Positions 25,449-38,839 are shown, counted from the first letter of the whole stretch. The stretch is 63,497 nucleotides of DNA, filler included, from Chiloscyllium plagiosum (GCF_004010195.1; 4 parts of one record of this genome joined end to end with filler, not necessarily neighbours in it), one strand, 5' to 3'. The notes: generated by a model not told the origin, from the sequence alone. Numbers and translations: made by a program.

Positions 25449-27993
25449 ATGTCATTTCCTGTGGTGATGCACAGTTTTATACTGTGCAATTATCGACAAT
25501 GTTACTTAGGTTGTTGTGGGATTTGAAGTAAGGTGACTTAAATTAAGTTTAGATACAATTCAGTCATGATCTAATTGGACACAGCAATGAACTCAAAGAG
25601 CCGAATGAACTATTCCTGTTCATGTTCTTATAGTTTATCAATTATTATGGATCAAAGAAGATATTTATGGTACATGATAAAAGGCATGAAATATGCCTGG
25701 GGAACCAAATGGTCTATGCTTTTGATATAAAGATATATTGCTGAAATTGCTGAAAATCAATGGCAGATGGCAACAAATCCTATCGCAACACATTGTCCAA
25801 TCTCCTTGTTCTCCCTGTTCCCTGTTGTTAAGTCCAGTACAGTAAGGTATGAGAACATGGATGAAGCCCAAGAGTTTGTTAAACACATTTTCAACAAATT
25901 GTGGGCTTTTCAGCTAAAGGTTCAGACAGTGGTATCACAATATATAACATTCATCACAATGATAGCAGACATCACAATATGTTCTTTTTCACTTCATCAA
26001 TAAACTGGAGACAGCAGGCTGCACAATCAGTTGATGTGATGGAAATGGAGCTGCATCATGACTGATTTACCTAGGACTGAATCTGTTCCACTGGAAGGTC
26101 TGAATAGATTTACTTTGTGAAGGGAGAATCAAGAAAGATAATACCATGAACTGATTACAAGCATTGAAAGGTTTGTCTCAGCGCTGTTAACTTGTATAGG
26201 AAATTGTGAAGGACAATACCAACTCAGTAGTTTGGAATTGTTATCTTTGCTTCATTAAGTAAATGTCTACTTGCTCATTGGTAGTCATGTGCCTGGAGAC
26301 TATTTCTGACAATCAGCTGCTCTCAGGTCTCTTATTGCAGTCCGTGACTGACTGTCTCACTGTCAGTCTATAAGTTTAATGTCCACATGTTGTTCTATAA
26401 CCATATTCATCTCCTTAACATCATCAATATATACACAGACATACCAATAGGGAAGAAATTAAGTAATTATGGCTTTATGAAATGTGGATCATATCTGATC
26501 AACCTAGTAAAAAAAAACTGAGGATATCACAAACGTGGTGGAGAGGGATCATCTTATATACATTATCTAGTTGAAAATATAGAGGCATTTATAAGATTCC
26601 ACTCAGGAGACTATAGTAAAAATGAAAGTATTTGAGATTGTAGGTATTGTGACTTAGGTTGGTAACTGGGTAATAGGAGGCAAGGTTTTGTAATAGAGCA
26701 TTTTCTCTGACCGATGGCATGTGATTAATGGTGGTCCAAGGAACTTGTACTGTGGTCTCAGCATTTTACTATGTTTTACAGTAACTGCTCTAAAGAAGTA
26801 GAAAGCATATAACCAAGATTTCTGATGACACCAAGACAAGTAATGTAAGTGGTGTAGGTGGATGGAAAAAGTTTTAAAGAATCCTTTCTATATTGGGTGG
26901 GCAGAACTGTGTTAGATGGAGTTCGATTTGAATAAGTGCAAAGCCATCTGTTTTGAAGCTAAGAAAGACCAATCAGAAAGACCAATTTTTAACATTGTGG
27001 GAAGTTGGGAACTGACAGGCAGTCATGAAATAATTTTAAAAGCTGACAAATGTTAGCCTACATCTCAAACTACTGGAGTACAAATGGGCTAGAAGCTGTG
27101 TGACTGTTGTAGAATGCTTTCATTCACACCACATTGGATGATTTAGTTCATTTCTGCGTCCTTTAACCTCTGGAAGGATGCAATGGTCTTGGAGGGTGGT
27201 GTACATTCACCAGATTGGAGGTTATAGGGTTTAATTTTTCAAGACATATCAGTAAACTAAAGTTGCATTCCTTTGCATATTATTACTTAATAGCAGTTGA
27301 AGTATTTAATGATAATAGATCAGAGTTAGGCTGGTGAGGATGTCAGAAGTACTTCATGGACATCAATATCAGGTTGCCAGAAAGCTGTTTTTTGGCTAGG
27401 TTAAGCAAAAAAGCTTTTTAATAGAATGACAGATTTATGTTACTTAGATTAATGTGGAATATGAAACAAGGTGGTTTAGTTTAAGTTTGGATAAAGATCA
27501 GCCATAATTTAACTTAACATGGGAACAACCTGAAGCTCAATTCCTATACTCTCCAATGACTGGATCAAAGACAGGTTAACATATTTGAGTTATCTGAGTG
27601 GGGAAATATGCCTGGGGAACAGAATGATCTACTTTTGTTGTTGTAAGCATTTACAACTGCTAAACATCAGTTGCAGGAGGTTAAGAATCCCTTTTTGGCA
27701 AATCATCTAATCCCCCTGTTCTCTGGGAAGTGAGTAACAACAATCCTGTTGAACTCTAGTGTAGTATGTCATTAGAGCCTAAATTATGCTCATGGGCCTT
27801 TTAATAGAGAGTTGAAATGCTGGTATCATAATGAATGTCTCCCCATCAGAATGTGTATCCCTGTGATAAGATATAAGCGAAGGCTAAACGAAACCCAAGG
27901 GCAACATATTGGTGTCTGAGACTGACATATTTTACTAGATTAGTCAAATATGACCTACTTTTCAGAAAGCCATGATAATTGTCACATTGACTA

Positions 27994-28593
27994 CACCTCT
28001 ACATTGGGGAGTGAGGGCACCTACTTGCAGAATGATTCAGAGAACATCTCCAGGACACACACATGAAGCAACCCCACCACCCCACGGCCGAACACTTTAG
28101 CTCCCCCTCCCACTCCCCCCAGGGACATGTAGGTGCTGGGCCTCCTCTTTTACCACACCCTAACTACCTGACACCTGGAGGAGGAACGCCTCACCTTCTG
28201 CCTTGGGACCCTCCAATCACATGGGATAAATGTGGACTTCACCAGTTTCATCAGTTCCCCATACCCCACCTTATCCCATATCCAACCTTCTAACTTGGCA
28301 CTGCCCTCTTGAACTGTCCTACCTGTCCATCTTCTTTCCCACCCATTTGCTCCACCCTCCTGTCTGACCTAGCACCATTACCCTCACCTTCATCTACCTA
28401 TCGCATTCCTAGCTACCTTCCCCCCAGCCCTAGAACCCTCCCATTTATCTCTCTATTCCCCAGCTCACAAGTCTTATTCCTGATGAAGGGCTTATGACCA
28501 AAATGTTGATACTCCTGCTTCTGACAAGCTGTGATTTTCCAGCATGACACTCTCGACTCTGATATCCAGCCTCTGTAGTCCTCACTTTCTCCT
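27994..28593 (+). mobile_element. 5'-truncated Penelope-like element (GIY-YIG C-terminus plus 3' terminus) with 9-bp TSD
   Basis: LYIGE...FREHL-like start; terminus with ctgatgaagggcttatgacc; cattgacta at 27985-93 and 28594-602. Confidence 0.8.
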
Positions 28594-28949
28594 CATTGAC
28601 TAATCTAGCAAGGTAAGTAAAGTTCCCATCGTCCCTTAGGCCTGCTTCTCATTAGAGAGGGAAGGTACAAAATGATTTAACCTGAGGGTCGCCAAGCCGC
28701 AGTTAAGAGGAGAGTTTGAGAAGGATAACGTTTCATGGAAACTTCAGTAGAGATGGGAATTTAACCCACAATATTAATATTACTGTATCCCAAATCAGTC
28801 CTCCAGTCAACTGAGCTTACCAATTGCCATCAAATCTACCAACAGTCATAATATCCAAAGCCCACCATAGCAGATGAATTAACGAAGCAAAATCTGGAGT
28901 GAAAAGGAAGCTAGTTTAATGGCAACCATAGAATTGTTGTAGCTCTGTG

Positions 28950-29065
28950 GCCCTCTTGTAGCACACTGGTTTGTCCTCATTCCCTGGACCAGGAGGCCTA
29001 GGTTCAATTCCCACCTACTCCAGAGATGTATCATAACATCTCTGAGCAAGTTGGTTAGGAAAATA
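28950..29065 (+). mobile_element. Second tRNA-derived SINE family (related copies at about 48960-49050 on - and 50655-50750 on +)
   Basis: Shared ctcttgt.gcaca.tggt...ggttcaa.t.cc...aga..tgt..taacat pattern in three places. Confidence 0.55.
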
Positions 29066-29672
29066 GGTTAATAACTTTTTTTTATCGTTACCATATCTAT
29101 TTGTACATATCCGAGGCATTTTATGATCCTACATTCAGGAGATTATAGTAAGAATAAGAGTGTATGAAATTGAAGGTATCCTTGTGACATGGGCCTGCAT
29201 TTAGATAGGAAACAGGAGACAACTTGTTGAGAATAGAGTGATGAGATACAGAAAGTTCACTATTATTCAGTAACTGAAATGAAGGAATATAGAGCTGCAT
29301 ATCTAAGCTTTCTGATGGCACCAAAGCAAGTGATGCAGTAAGAAATGTATAGGTAGGTACAGCGAGGACTTCAAAAACATTGTCTGAGTGGAAAGAATTG
29401 TGGCAGATGAAGTCTAATGTGTAGAAATACAAAGTAATTTACTATGGAGCTAAGAAAGAACGATCAGACTATTTTCAAAAGTGCCAGATGTTGCGTTCCA
29501 GATGCAGTTCGATTGATCAAACTACCAAATTTAAAGCATACTTTAATTATACACTATAGTTAAAACACAACAAAAGCAAGAAGAAATTGTAATAACTTAA
29601 TTATATTGGAGAACTTAACAGGATAATAGATTATTTAACTATTAAATAGCAACTGGTCCAACATAGTAACTA

Positions 29673-30240
29673 ACTCTGCAGGGGCATGGGAACCTAGACT
29701 GTAGCTTTAGGGTGCAGGACCTTGAGTGTAGGGAGGTTAGGAACATGGCATCAATCTCAAAGGAGGGTGCCTGTAAACAGGAAAGTGGTTTGAAGTGTGT
29801 ATACTTCAATGCAAGAAGTATACGAAATAAGGTAGGTGAACTTGCAGCGTGGGTTGGTACCTGGGATTTCGATGTTGTGGCTATTACGGAGACATGGCTA
29901 GAACAGGGACAGGATTGGCAGTTGCGGGTTCCAGGATTTAAATGTTTTAGTAGGGAGAGGGGTGGGGGNNNNNNNNNNNNNNNNNNNNNNNNNNNNNNNN
30001 NNNNNNNNNNNNTTAATTAATTAANNNNNNNNNNNNNNNNNNNNNNNNNNNNNNNNNNNNNNNNNNNNGTTTACTCTCATCTACCTGTTTGGTCACCTTC
30101 TCAAAGAACTCAATAAGGTTTGTGAGGCACAACCTACCATTCACAAAACTGTGCTGACTATCCCTAATCAAATTATTCTTTTCTAGATGATTATAAATCC
30201 TATCTCTTATAACCTTTTCTCACACTTTACCAACAACTGA
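29673..30240. mobile_element. Young CR1 ORF1-end/ORF2 start (+, 29673-29968), gap, then CR1 RT fragment (-)
   Basis: ORF 29712: LKCVYFNARSIRNKVGEL...VVAITETWL (APE endonuclease). Confidence 0.85.
30013..30024. other. Assembly linker TTAATTAATTAA inside an N-gap (also 42405-42416 and 60271-60282); plain gap at 37624-37691
   Basis: Identical 12-mer centred in three separate N runs. Confidence 0.95.
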
Positions 30241-30649
30241 AATATATTGACCCAGTCTCCTGTGCTTTCTTGTGTAGAGAATTTAAAAGATTAACTACCC
30301 TCTGAATGAAGACATTTCTTGTTATCTCCACCTTTAATGAACAGACTTCTGATTCTGAAACTATGCTGTTAAGGTTAGAAGCAAACAGGCTAGCAGTAGA
30401 ACTGTGGCTGGACTAAGGAGCAGTGAGTGTGAAGGAGTTTCAGAAGCAGACAGACTGATGGTGGACCGGTGTAGAACTAAGGAATGGTAGCAGTGAGGTT
30501 AAAGGAACAGTGAGCATGAAGAGGTCTCAGAAGCAGACAGACCAATCATACACCTATTTGGGATTTGGGAATAGTAGCCTTTAAGTTGAAAAGATATCCA
30601 TTTCTTTTCATCCATTTCTAAATATATGGAAGTGAGCTCAGGCAGATGG

Positions 30650-33600
30650 AAGGCATATCAGTAAGGGAGCATTTTGGAGATAGTGCCCATAATTCCATTG
30701 CAAATTGCATTCAGAAATGGATGATAGCTGGGAACTAGTGCCTAAACTGGGGGAAGGCTAATTTTACTTTGATAAGATTGATTTGACTGGGAGCAGCTAC
30801 TTGCGCACAAAGCTATGTCAGAGCAATGGGAGACATTCAAAGAGGAAATAGTGAGAGTACAGGGAAAATACATTCCCCGCAAATACAAAGTGTTGGACTA
30901 ACACCAGAGGAACTTGGATGTCAAGGAACTTAAGGGTTAGGATTGAGAAAGAAAGAGAGAGAAGTTTCTGGCAGATACCAAGGACTCATGATGGCAGAGA
31001 CCCTAGAGAAGTACAATAAGTGTAGGAGGGAATTTTAAAAAAAGAGATAGGAAAGCAAAGAAAGTGTCTGAGAAAATGGTTTATCAGTGGAATAAAAGAC
31101 AATTCAAAAGAGTTTTTAAAATGTATAAAGACCAAGAGAATAATCAAGAGAAGAAGTACAATTCATGAGGGTCCAAAGAGCTCTTCTGTGTGTGGACCAG
31201 GAATACATGGGCTCAATCCTGAATGAATACTTTGTGTCAGTCTTCGCTAGAGATAAGGATGATAAGTATAGGCATCAGGGTGTAGGACAGTGAAATATTA
31301 CAAGAAATTAACATGGGAGATAGAAAGGTCGAGTAGGTTTAGCAAACTTGAAAGTCAATAAATGCATAGGGAAAGGGACATAAGGTTAGGATTAAGAAGG
31401 AAAGAGTGAGGTTTTGCCAGACCTGGATGAGATGGGTGCCAGACAACTGAGGCAAGCAGGTGAGGAGATATCAGGGGCCCTGCTTGTAACATTTAATTCC
31501 TCTCTTGCCACAGGTCAGGTTCCACAGGACTGTAGCATTGCTAATACTATTCCGTTATTTAAAAAAAGAGAAAAAGTGATAGATCTGAAAATTGCAGACC
31601 AGTCAGTCTAACCTTCGTGGTGAGGAAGTTATTAGAAAGAGTTCTGAGGGACAAAATACATCTGCACTTGGACAGACACAGGTTAAGGTGGGATAGTTAG
31701 TATGCTCATGTTACCCACAAAATTGCTAATTATACCCCTTACATTTAAGTCCAAATCATTAATTACAATTACAATTTTTTGTGCTTTACAAATTTGATAA
31801 TTTCTTTTGAGAAGGTAATTAAAAGTACTGATGCTGGTAATGCATTGGTGTGGTCTACAGGGACTTTGGCAAAGCTTCTGACTGCTCATGAAGGTAACAG
31901 CCCATGGGATCTCAGGGAAAGTAGCACAATGGATCCAAAGCTGTCTGAGAGGCAGGAAGCAGGTCGAGGGATTTTTCTGTGACTGCAAGTCTATTCCCAA
32001 AAGGGTTTTTCAGAACTTAGTTCGGGAGCTGTTCCTGTTTGCGCTGTAAATTAATGATTTGGACTTAAGGGATATGATTAACATGTTTGTGGGTGACATG
32101 AGGATTGATAGGATGTTAAATCATGATGAGGAGAGCCATAAACAGCAGGAGAATAAAAATGGACTGGTCAGGTTTGCAGAGTAGTGGCAATAGAATTCAA
32201 CCCAGAAAAGTGGGCGATAATGCATTTGAGGACAGCTAACAAAGCAAAGGATTAGAGGATTAAGGTTGACAGTACCGCAAAAAGGCCCTTTGGCCCATTG
32301 AGCCTGCCTGTCCAAAGCCAAGTATCTAAATATTTTAATCCCATTTTCTGATAATTCCATATGCCTTGGCATTGCCAGCATACATCTAAATCCTTCTTAG
32401 ATGTTCTGAAGGTTTCTACCTCTACTACCCTTACAGACAGTGAGTTCCAGGTTCCGACCAGCCTCTGGGTGAAAAGGTTTCTTCTCCTGCAAACCTCCTG
32501 CTCTTTATCTTTAAATCCATGTTCCCACCCCAGTCAATGATCCTACTACCAAGGGGACAGTTTCCTTCCTGTAGACCTTATCCCCTTATAATTTTACACA
32601 TTTTAATCATGACCTCCTTCAGTCTTCTGTGCTCCAAGGCTGGTAAAGATCTGCTGCATCCTCTCCAATGCAGTCACTACCCTCCTGTAATGTGGATTCC
32701 AGAAGTACATCTAGCTGTAGCCTCGCCAATGCCTGATACAGATCCAGAAGGACCTCTCTGCTCGTAAACTCCATGCCTCAGCAAATAAAGCTAAGTATTT
32801 TCTGAACCACTTTATCTGCCTGTCTCACTACCTTTAGAGATCAGTGGACATGCATATATAGGCCTCTCTAATCTTTGGTGCCTTCCAGGGTCTTACTGCT
32901 CATAGCTGACATACTTGTATTCCCTTGCCTCGTTTGTCCTAGCTCACACTTAACTGGATTTTATTCATTTGCCACATCTCCTTATCTGACCAACCTGTCT
33001 GTATCTTGTAATTTAGAAGTAACCTCCTCACTATTTACCCCTCCACTAATTTTTGTATCATCCACAAATGGTAAGAGCCTGTAAAATAGTAAAGATCAGT
33101 TAGACCTTTTTGTGTATTCTCCACAATTCCTTGAAGGTAATAGGGCAGTTAAATAAGATGATTAAGAAGACATATGGGATACTTTGTCTCCTATGAATTC
33201 CTGATGAAGGGCTTTTGCCTGAAATGTCGATTCTCCTGCTCCTTGGATGCTGTCTGACTTGCTGTGCTTTTCCAGCACCACACTCTCGACTCTAATCTCC
33301 AAGATCTGCAGTTCTCACTTTCGCCCACTTTGTCTCCTTAGCTGAGACATCGAATACAAGAGGATATAGGTTATCCTGGAAGTGCATAAAATGCTGATCA
33401 AGCTGCAATTGGATTGCTAATTACAGTACTACTCATCACATTACAAGAAGGATATGATTGCAATGGAGAAGATTCAGAGCAGATTTACAAGGGTTCTGCT
33501 AGCCTGGAGGGTCTGAGATCTGAAGGAAGATTGGATAGTCTGGGATTGTTTTCTTTGGAAATCTGAAAGGTGAGAGAGTACATGATAGAGGTATATAAGA

Positions 33601-33920
33601 TTGTGTGGTATGAATAAGGTGGACAGGATCTTTTCCATGAATTGAGATGTCAATAGCCCGAGGTCCTGAAATTAAAGTAAGCAGTAGAAGGCTAAGTGGG
33701 TATACAAGGAAAAATCTTTACACTAGTAGTAATCTGGAACTCACTGCCTTATAGGGTGGTTGAGTCAGAAATTATCATAGCATTTATGTGATATTTATAG
33801 ATTACTTTCAGTGACATCCCAAAGGGCTGTTGTCCAAGAGCTGGAAAGTGAGATTAGTGCAGTTGTATCTTTGTTGACTGGCATGGACACAGTGGGCCGA
33901 ATGTACTGTAAATGTCTATG
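30650..33920 (+). mobile_element. Long decayed CR1 (+) interrupted by an opposite-strand CR1 (about 32270-33070) and a short PLE terminus (33193-33326)
   Basis: Collinear CR1 motifs (GQVPQDCSIAN..PLFKK; FEKV; EFN) resume after the nested inserts and end in a CR1 tail near 33900. Confidence 0.75.
33193..33326 (+). mobile_element. 134-bp Penelope-terminus insert with hammerhead motif and 12-bp TSD
   Basis: actttgtctcct at 33181-92 and 33327-38; ctgatga-agggcttttgcct-gaaatgtc at 33201-33228. Confidence 0.85.
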
Positions 33921-34689
33921 AGTTCCAAGGTAACATCCTTCCCGCATGCTCCCTATCAAACCTCCTTCGAATTTATGTGTCAATAAAATAACGTCACTTT
34001 CATCTAAAGGGCAATGCATATCGAATGAAACTGCTCAACCTTTCCGAATATGAAAATCCCTTATCCCAAGAATCAACCAGGTGAACCTTCTCTCTACAGC
34101 TTCCAATTCAAGTAAATAAGTAGACCAAACTATAAACAGTACTCTAAATGGTAACTCACTAATATGCCCATGATCCTTTCTCATATCTCCCATATCTCCA
34201 CTCTGCTCCATGCCTCCTCAATAACCCCCCTCTTGTACGATTTCTCTCATGTTCCTCCTCAATACTCTCATGTTGCTTCCATCCTTCTCATGCATTCTGC
34301 ATACCTACTCTCTCATTTTTCCCATGTGCAGAAGCTGTAAGTCATTGGTCATATCTGATAAGTCTTTGAAATGATTTGAAACTGATACAATAAGCAAGGC
34401 CCTTCAGAAATCTATAGTGAAAAAGTTTCTCAGCTTACATCTTCAAAAGAGGGTCAGAAGGGATCATAGTCTCAATGCTGAAGCAAACTATTATCCTGTG
34501 AAGACTGGATTCTTGTATTATTCTGTCTTTTTGATTGCATACTAAAATGTGGAAAAGGATTGTTTTAAAAGCCCAAGATTGTTGAGGTTTTACTGCCCTT
34601 TTGAATTTACCTGACACGCATTGCAAGTGCGTTTTACACAGTTGTTGGTTCAAGGAGTGGGGGAAGCCTGGCTATAGATGAGCTGGAGC

Positions 34690-34810
34690 GAGATTCTAGA
34701 TTAGAGTGGTGCTGGAAAAGCAAGCAGTTCAGGCAGCATCCGAGAAGCAGGAAAATCGACGTTTTGGGCAAAAGCCCTTCATCAGGAATAGAGGCCTGCA
34801 GGGAGATTCT
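34690..34810 (-). mobile_element. Short Penelope-terminus insert with a mutated hammerhead core
   Basis: Reverse strand ctgatgaagggcttttgcccAaaacgtcg (G to A, consistent with CpG decay); gagattct repeated at 34690 and 34803. Confidence 0.75.
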
Positions 34811-35681
34811 GCATAATTTTAAAGATATTTAACTTGTGTGACAACACTGGGAAGAGTGGTGCTTGATTTCCAGCCAGCTAACCCAGTGCAGTATAACAAT
34901 TTCCTGCTTTTCTTTTAATCTTGTGTAAATAAAAACATTGGCATTGAAAAATCTCTTCAAAGAAAGACCAGCTTTTAATAAGATTAACAAATATATCAGT
35001 GAACAAAACTTATATTGCCTCTGGAGCTGTGAAACCTTTAGCTGCTGAGAGTTAAGTGCTTCAGTTATTCTTGGAGTTCAGCCATGCATTCATAATGAGG
35101 CCAACTTGGGAATAAAAGAATGTCTGAACATATCTTATAACGACTTCTTTGAATCAGGTTGCTATATAGACTGATCCTGAATGCCGGACTGAGTCAGAAC
35201 TCTTCCAGCCTATCTTGATAATTAAGTTTTTTTTAACCAGAAATTAGATTTACGACCCTCCCCTTAACTTTACAATGCCACAATATTTGAAGAACCCAAA
35301 ACTGAACAGAACATTTCAAGTGAGGCATAACAAAGATCTTGCGGAAAGAGAGTATATAGTATATTATAGTTAATTGTCCTTTGAATCTAACTTAACTCCT
35401 TCTGTGCTTGCTTTCATTTCATGGCATATTTTGTGTATCTTTAGAACTGCAGCTCCTAGAATGACCGATCCCTCTCTTTATCCACCTTGCTGAAAGATTT
35501 TCTCTGAAAGCTGTACAAATTAAGTTTAACATGAGGAGTAAGTAGTTTAGAGGAGATCTGAGGAAACGTTTTTTACCTAGAAGGTGGTTGAAATATGAAA
35601 TACGCTGCCTGAGAGGGTAATGGAGGTAGATACTCCTGCAACAGTTAAGAAGCATCTGGACGAATACTTAAAATATCAGTA

Positions 35682-35758
35682 AAAAATCACAGGTTATAGT
35701 CAAACAGGTTTACTTGGAAGCATTAGCTTTCAGAGTACTGCTCTTTCATCAGGTGGTT
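35682..35758 (-). mobile_element. Third PLE-type terminus family with hammerhead motif (35723-35755)
   Basis: Reverse strand CAC CUGAUGA a AGAG cagua CUCU GAA AGCU A: palindromic AGCU stem III. Confidence 0.6.
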
Positions 35759-35759
35759 A

Positions 35760-36668
35760 CATCGAACACAGAAATGTACAGCACAGAACAGGCCCTTAGG
35801 CCCACGATGTTGTGCAGAGGTTTAATCCTAATGTAAAATATAATAACTTAACTTACGCACCCCTCAACTCACTCCTATCCATGTGCATGTCTAGCAGTCG
35901 TTTAAATGTCCCTAATGACTCTGCTTCCACCACCACCACTGACAATGCATTCCATGCATTCACAACTCTCTGCATAAAGAACCTACCTCTGATGTCTTCG
36001 CTATACCTTTCTCCTAATATTTTCAAACTATGACCCCTTGTACCAGTCAATCCTGCCTTGGGGAAAGTCTCTGGCTATTGACTCTATCCATTCCCCTCAC
36101 TATCTTGTATACCTTGATCAGGTCACCTCTCTTCCTCCTTCTGTCCAGAGAGAAAAGTCTGAGCTTATTCAACCTCTCTTCATAAGGCAAGCCCTCCAGT
36201 CCAGGCAGCATCCTGGTAAAGCTCCTTTGCACCCTCTCCAAAGCCTCTGTATCTTTCCTATAGTAGGGCGACCAGAATTGGACACAATGCTCCAAGTTTG
36301 GCCTCACCAGGGACTTGTACAGCTGTAGCAAAACCTCGCAGCTCTTAAACTCAATCCTACTGTTAATGAAAGCCAAAACACCGTATGCTTTCTTAACAGC
36401 CCTATCCACTTGGGTGGCATCTTTGAGGGATCTATGTACTTGAACACCAAGATCCCTCCGTCCCTCCACACTGCCACGAACCCCGTCTTTAATCCTATAT
36501 TCAGCATTCAAGTTCGACCTTCCAAAATGCATCACTTCGCATTTATCCAGGTTGAACTCCATCTGCCATTTCTCAGCCCAGCTCTGCATCCTGTCTATGT
36601 CATGCTGCAGCCTACAATTGCCCTCATTACTATCGATGACACCTCCAACCTTTGTGTCATCTGCAAAT
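35760..36668 (-). mobile_element. Young CR1/HER1 3' portion
   Basis: ORF 36047-36751(-): FADDTK...WQMEFN...LVRPNLEHCVQFWSP...RGDLI. Confidence 0.9.
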
Positions 36669-37075
36669 TGTTCTGCAAGTTGACGTCCTGTGTTCCCAGT
36701 GTAGAGGAGACCAGGAGCAATGGACAGAGTAGATGAGGTGTTTGGATGCACAGGGTAATCTCTTCCTGATGTGGAAGGATCTTTTGGGCCCTTGGATGGA
36801 GGTCAGGAGGAAGTTGTTGGCACAGGTTTCATACCTCTTGCAATGGCAGGAGAAGGTGCCGGGAATGGAAGGTGGCTTGTTAGCGTATGGGAGGGGGGAC
36901 ACGTGAACCTAACGAGGGAGTCGTGAAGGGAATGGTGTCTGCAGAATGTTGATTGGGGTGGGGAGGGAAGTATATCTCTGGTGGTGTGGTCTGACTGTTG
37001 GTGGCAGAAATGGCGGAGGGTGATGCATTATATCCTGCGGTTGGTGGTCTGGAAGGCGAGCATCAGAGGCGTGCT
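36669..37075 (-). mobile_element. Penelope-like element fragment (GIY-YIG region)
   Basis: PGTFSCHCKRYETC...SIQGPKRSFHIR...LIYSVHCS, LLYTG.T.RQLAEQF. Confidence 0.75.
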
Positions 37076-37159
37076 AGAGGGTACTACTGCATCCCCCTGC
37101 AGCCGAATCACCTCTTCGATGCTACCTATCCCTCTATTCCATCTTTGCACTGTTTGAAA

Positions 37160-38780
37160 AGTTAGCCAGAATGCCCTCCGTTCCTTCATGTAGACCATTA
37201 ATGCACAAAGCGAATATTATGGTCCCAAAACTGAGTCTTGATGAATACCACTTGTCACTGGATGCCATCCTGAGAAGGACACTTTTATCCCCACTCTCTG
37301 CTTTCCGTCAGACAGCCATGCAACTATCCAAGCTAGAACCTTGCCTGTAACACCAGGGGCCCTAGGCTTTCTGAATAGCCTCCTGAGTGGCACCTTATCA
37401 AAGGAATTTAGAGAAGCAGGTGGATAAAATCTACTGGTTCTCCTTGGTCAAATCTGCTAGTTACTCCCTCAAAGTATTCCAGCAGATTTGTCAGGCATGA
37501 CCTCCCATTGATGAAACAATGCTGACTTTGCACTATTTTACGAAATACTTGCAAGTTTTCAGAAATCCCATCCTTCACGATGGATTTCAGGATGTTACCC
37601 ACAACCAAGGTTAGGCTAATGATNNNNNNNNNNNNNNNNNNNNNNNNNNNNNNNNNNNNNNNNNNNNNNNNNNNNNNNNNNNNNNNNNNNNCTAGTTTCC
37701 CACTGCCCCTCACCACATTATACGCTTGCTCTTTTGCTTGTATGCAATGCCTGACTTCCGTCGTCAGCCCTGGCTGTCTCATCCTCCCTGTACCATGTCT
37801 CTATTCCTCGGCAAGAATCTCTGCTGTGTCTCCTGAATTAATCTTGGAATCTGCTGCCATTGCTGTTCCCCTGTCTTTCATGCTTGACCTCTCTCCCAGT
37901 CAATTCTACCCAACTTCTCTCTTATGCCTCTGTAGTTGCCTTTATTCAGCTGAAATACTGTTACCTCTGACTCTATTTTCTCTCTCTCAAATTGCAGAAT
38001 AAATTCAACCATTTTTGATCATTGTTTCCGAAGTTTACCTTCACCCTGATCTCCCTTATGAATCCTGCGTCATTAAATCCAATATCATCTGTTCCCGAGT
38101 GGGCTCCACCAGAAGTTTCTCCAAAAAGCCATCTCATAAACATTCCTAAATTTCATTTTCTTGCGAACCACTACCTATCTGATGTTCCCAGTTCCCCCGC
38201 ATACTGAAATCTCCCATTATCACTGTACTTTGCCTTTACTACACATCTTTTCTATATCCTGGTGTATCTTGTGCCCCAGCTCCTGACTACACTTTGGAGC
38301 CCTGTACAAGACTTCACCCGTGATTGTCTTACCTTTGTGGTTCCTCAAATCTACAAATGCAGATTCTACACCATCTGACCTTACTTCCTTTCTTACTATT
38401 GATTTAATTTCATTTGTTACTAATAATGCAAATCCACTATCTGCCCACCTGCCAATCTTTTCGATAGGATAAATATCCATAAATATTCAGATCCCCTTGC
38501 AGCCACACCTCCGTGATGCCCTTTGCTTCATACATGCCGATTTAATTCTGTACCACAAGCTCATTTACCTTATTCCTTATACAGCATGCATTCAGTTGTA
38601 ACCCCTTCAGTCCTGCATTAACATCCCTGTTCTCATTGTCATTCATTTGTGCAGTGAGCTTGAAGTTTGATATGTTAAACATTGCCAGATGGTCTATCCT
38701 ATTTGTGCCTGTGCTGGAGATTTTAAGAACCTCTCCTGAGTTCTGTACTCTTATCTCCTCTTTTAATTCGGCTTTTCTAA
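37160..38780 (-). mobile_element. CR1 LINE fragment spanning a gap (endonuclease to RT)
   Basis: SQHCFINGRSCLTNLLEYFE; GVES...LRNHKGK...YRAP. Confidence 0.8.
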
Positions 38781-38803
38781 TTAAACCCTATAACTGCACC
38801 TCC

Positions 38804-38805
<2 letters not shown>

Positions 38806-38839
<34 letters not shown>

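Noticed and set aside
36047..36751. 234-aa PLE-CR1 fusion ORF
   Set aside because: Chance in-frame junction of two adjacent retroelement fragments; no evidence of a gene.
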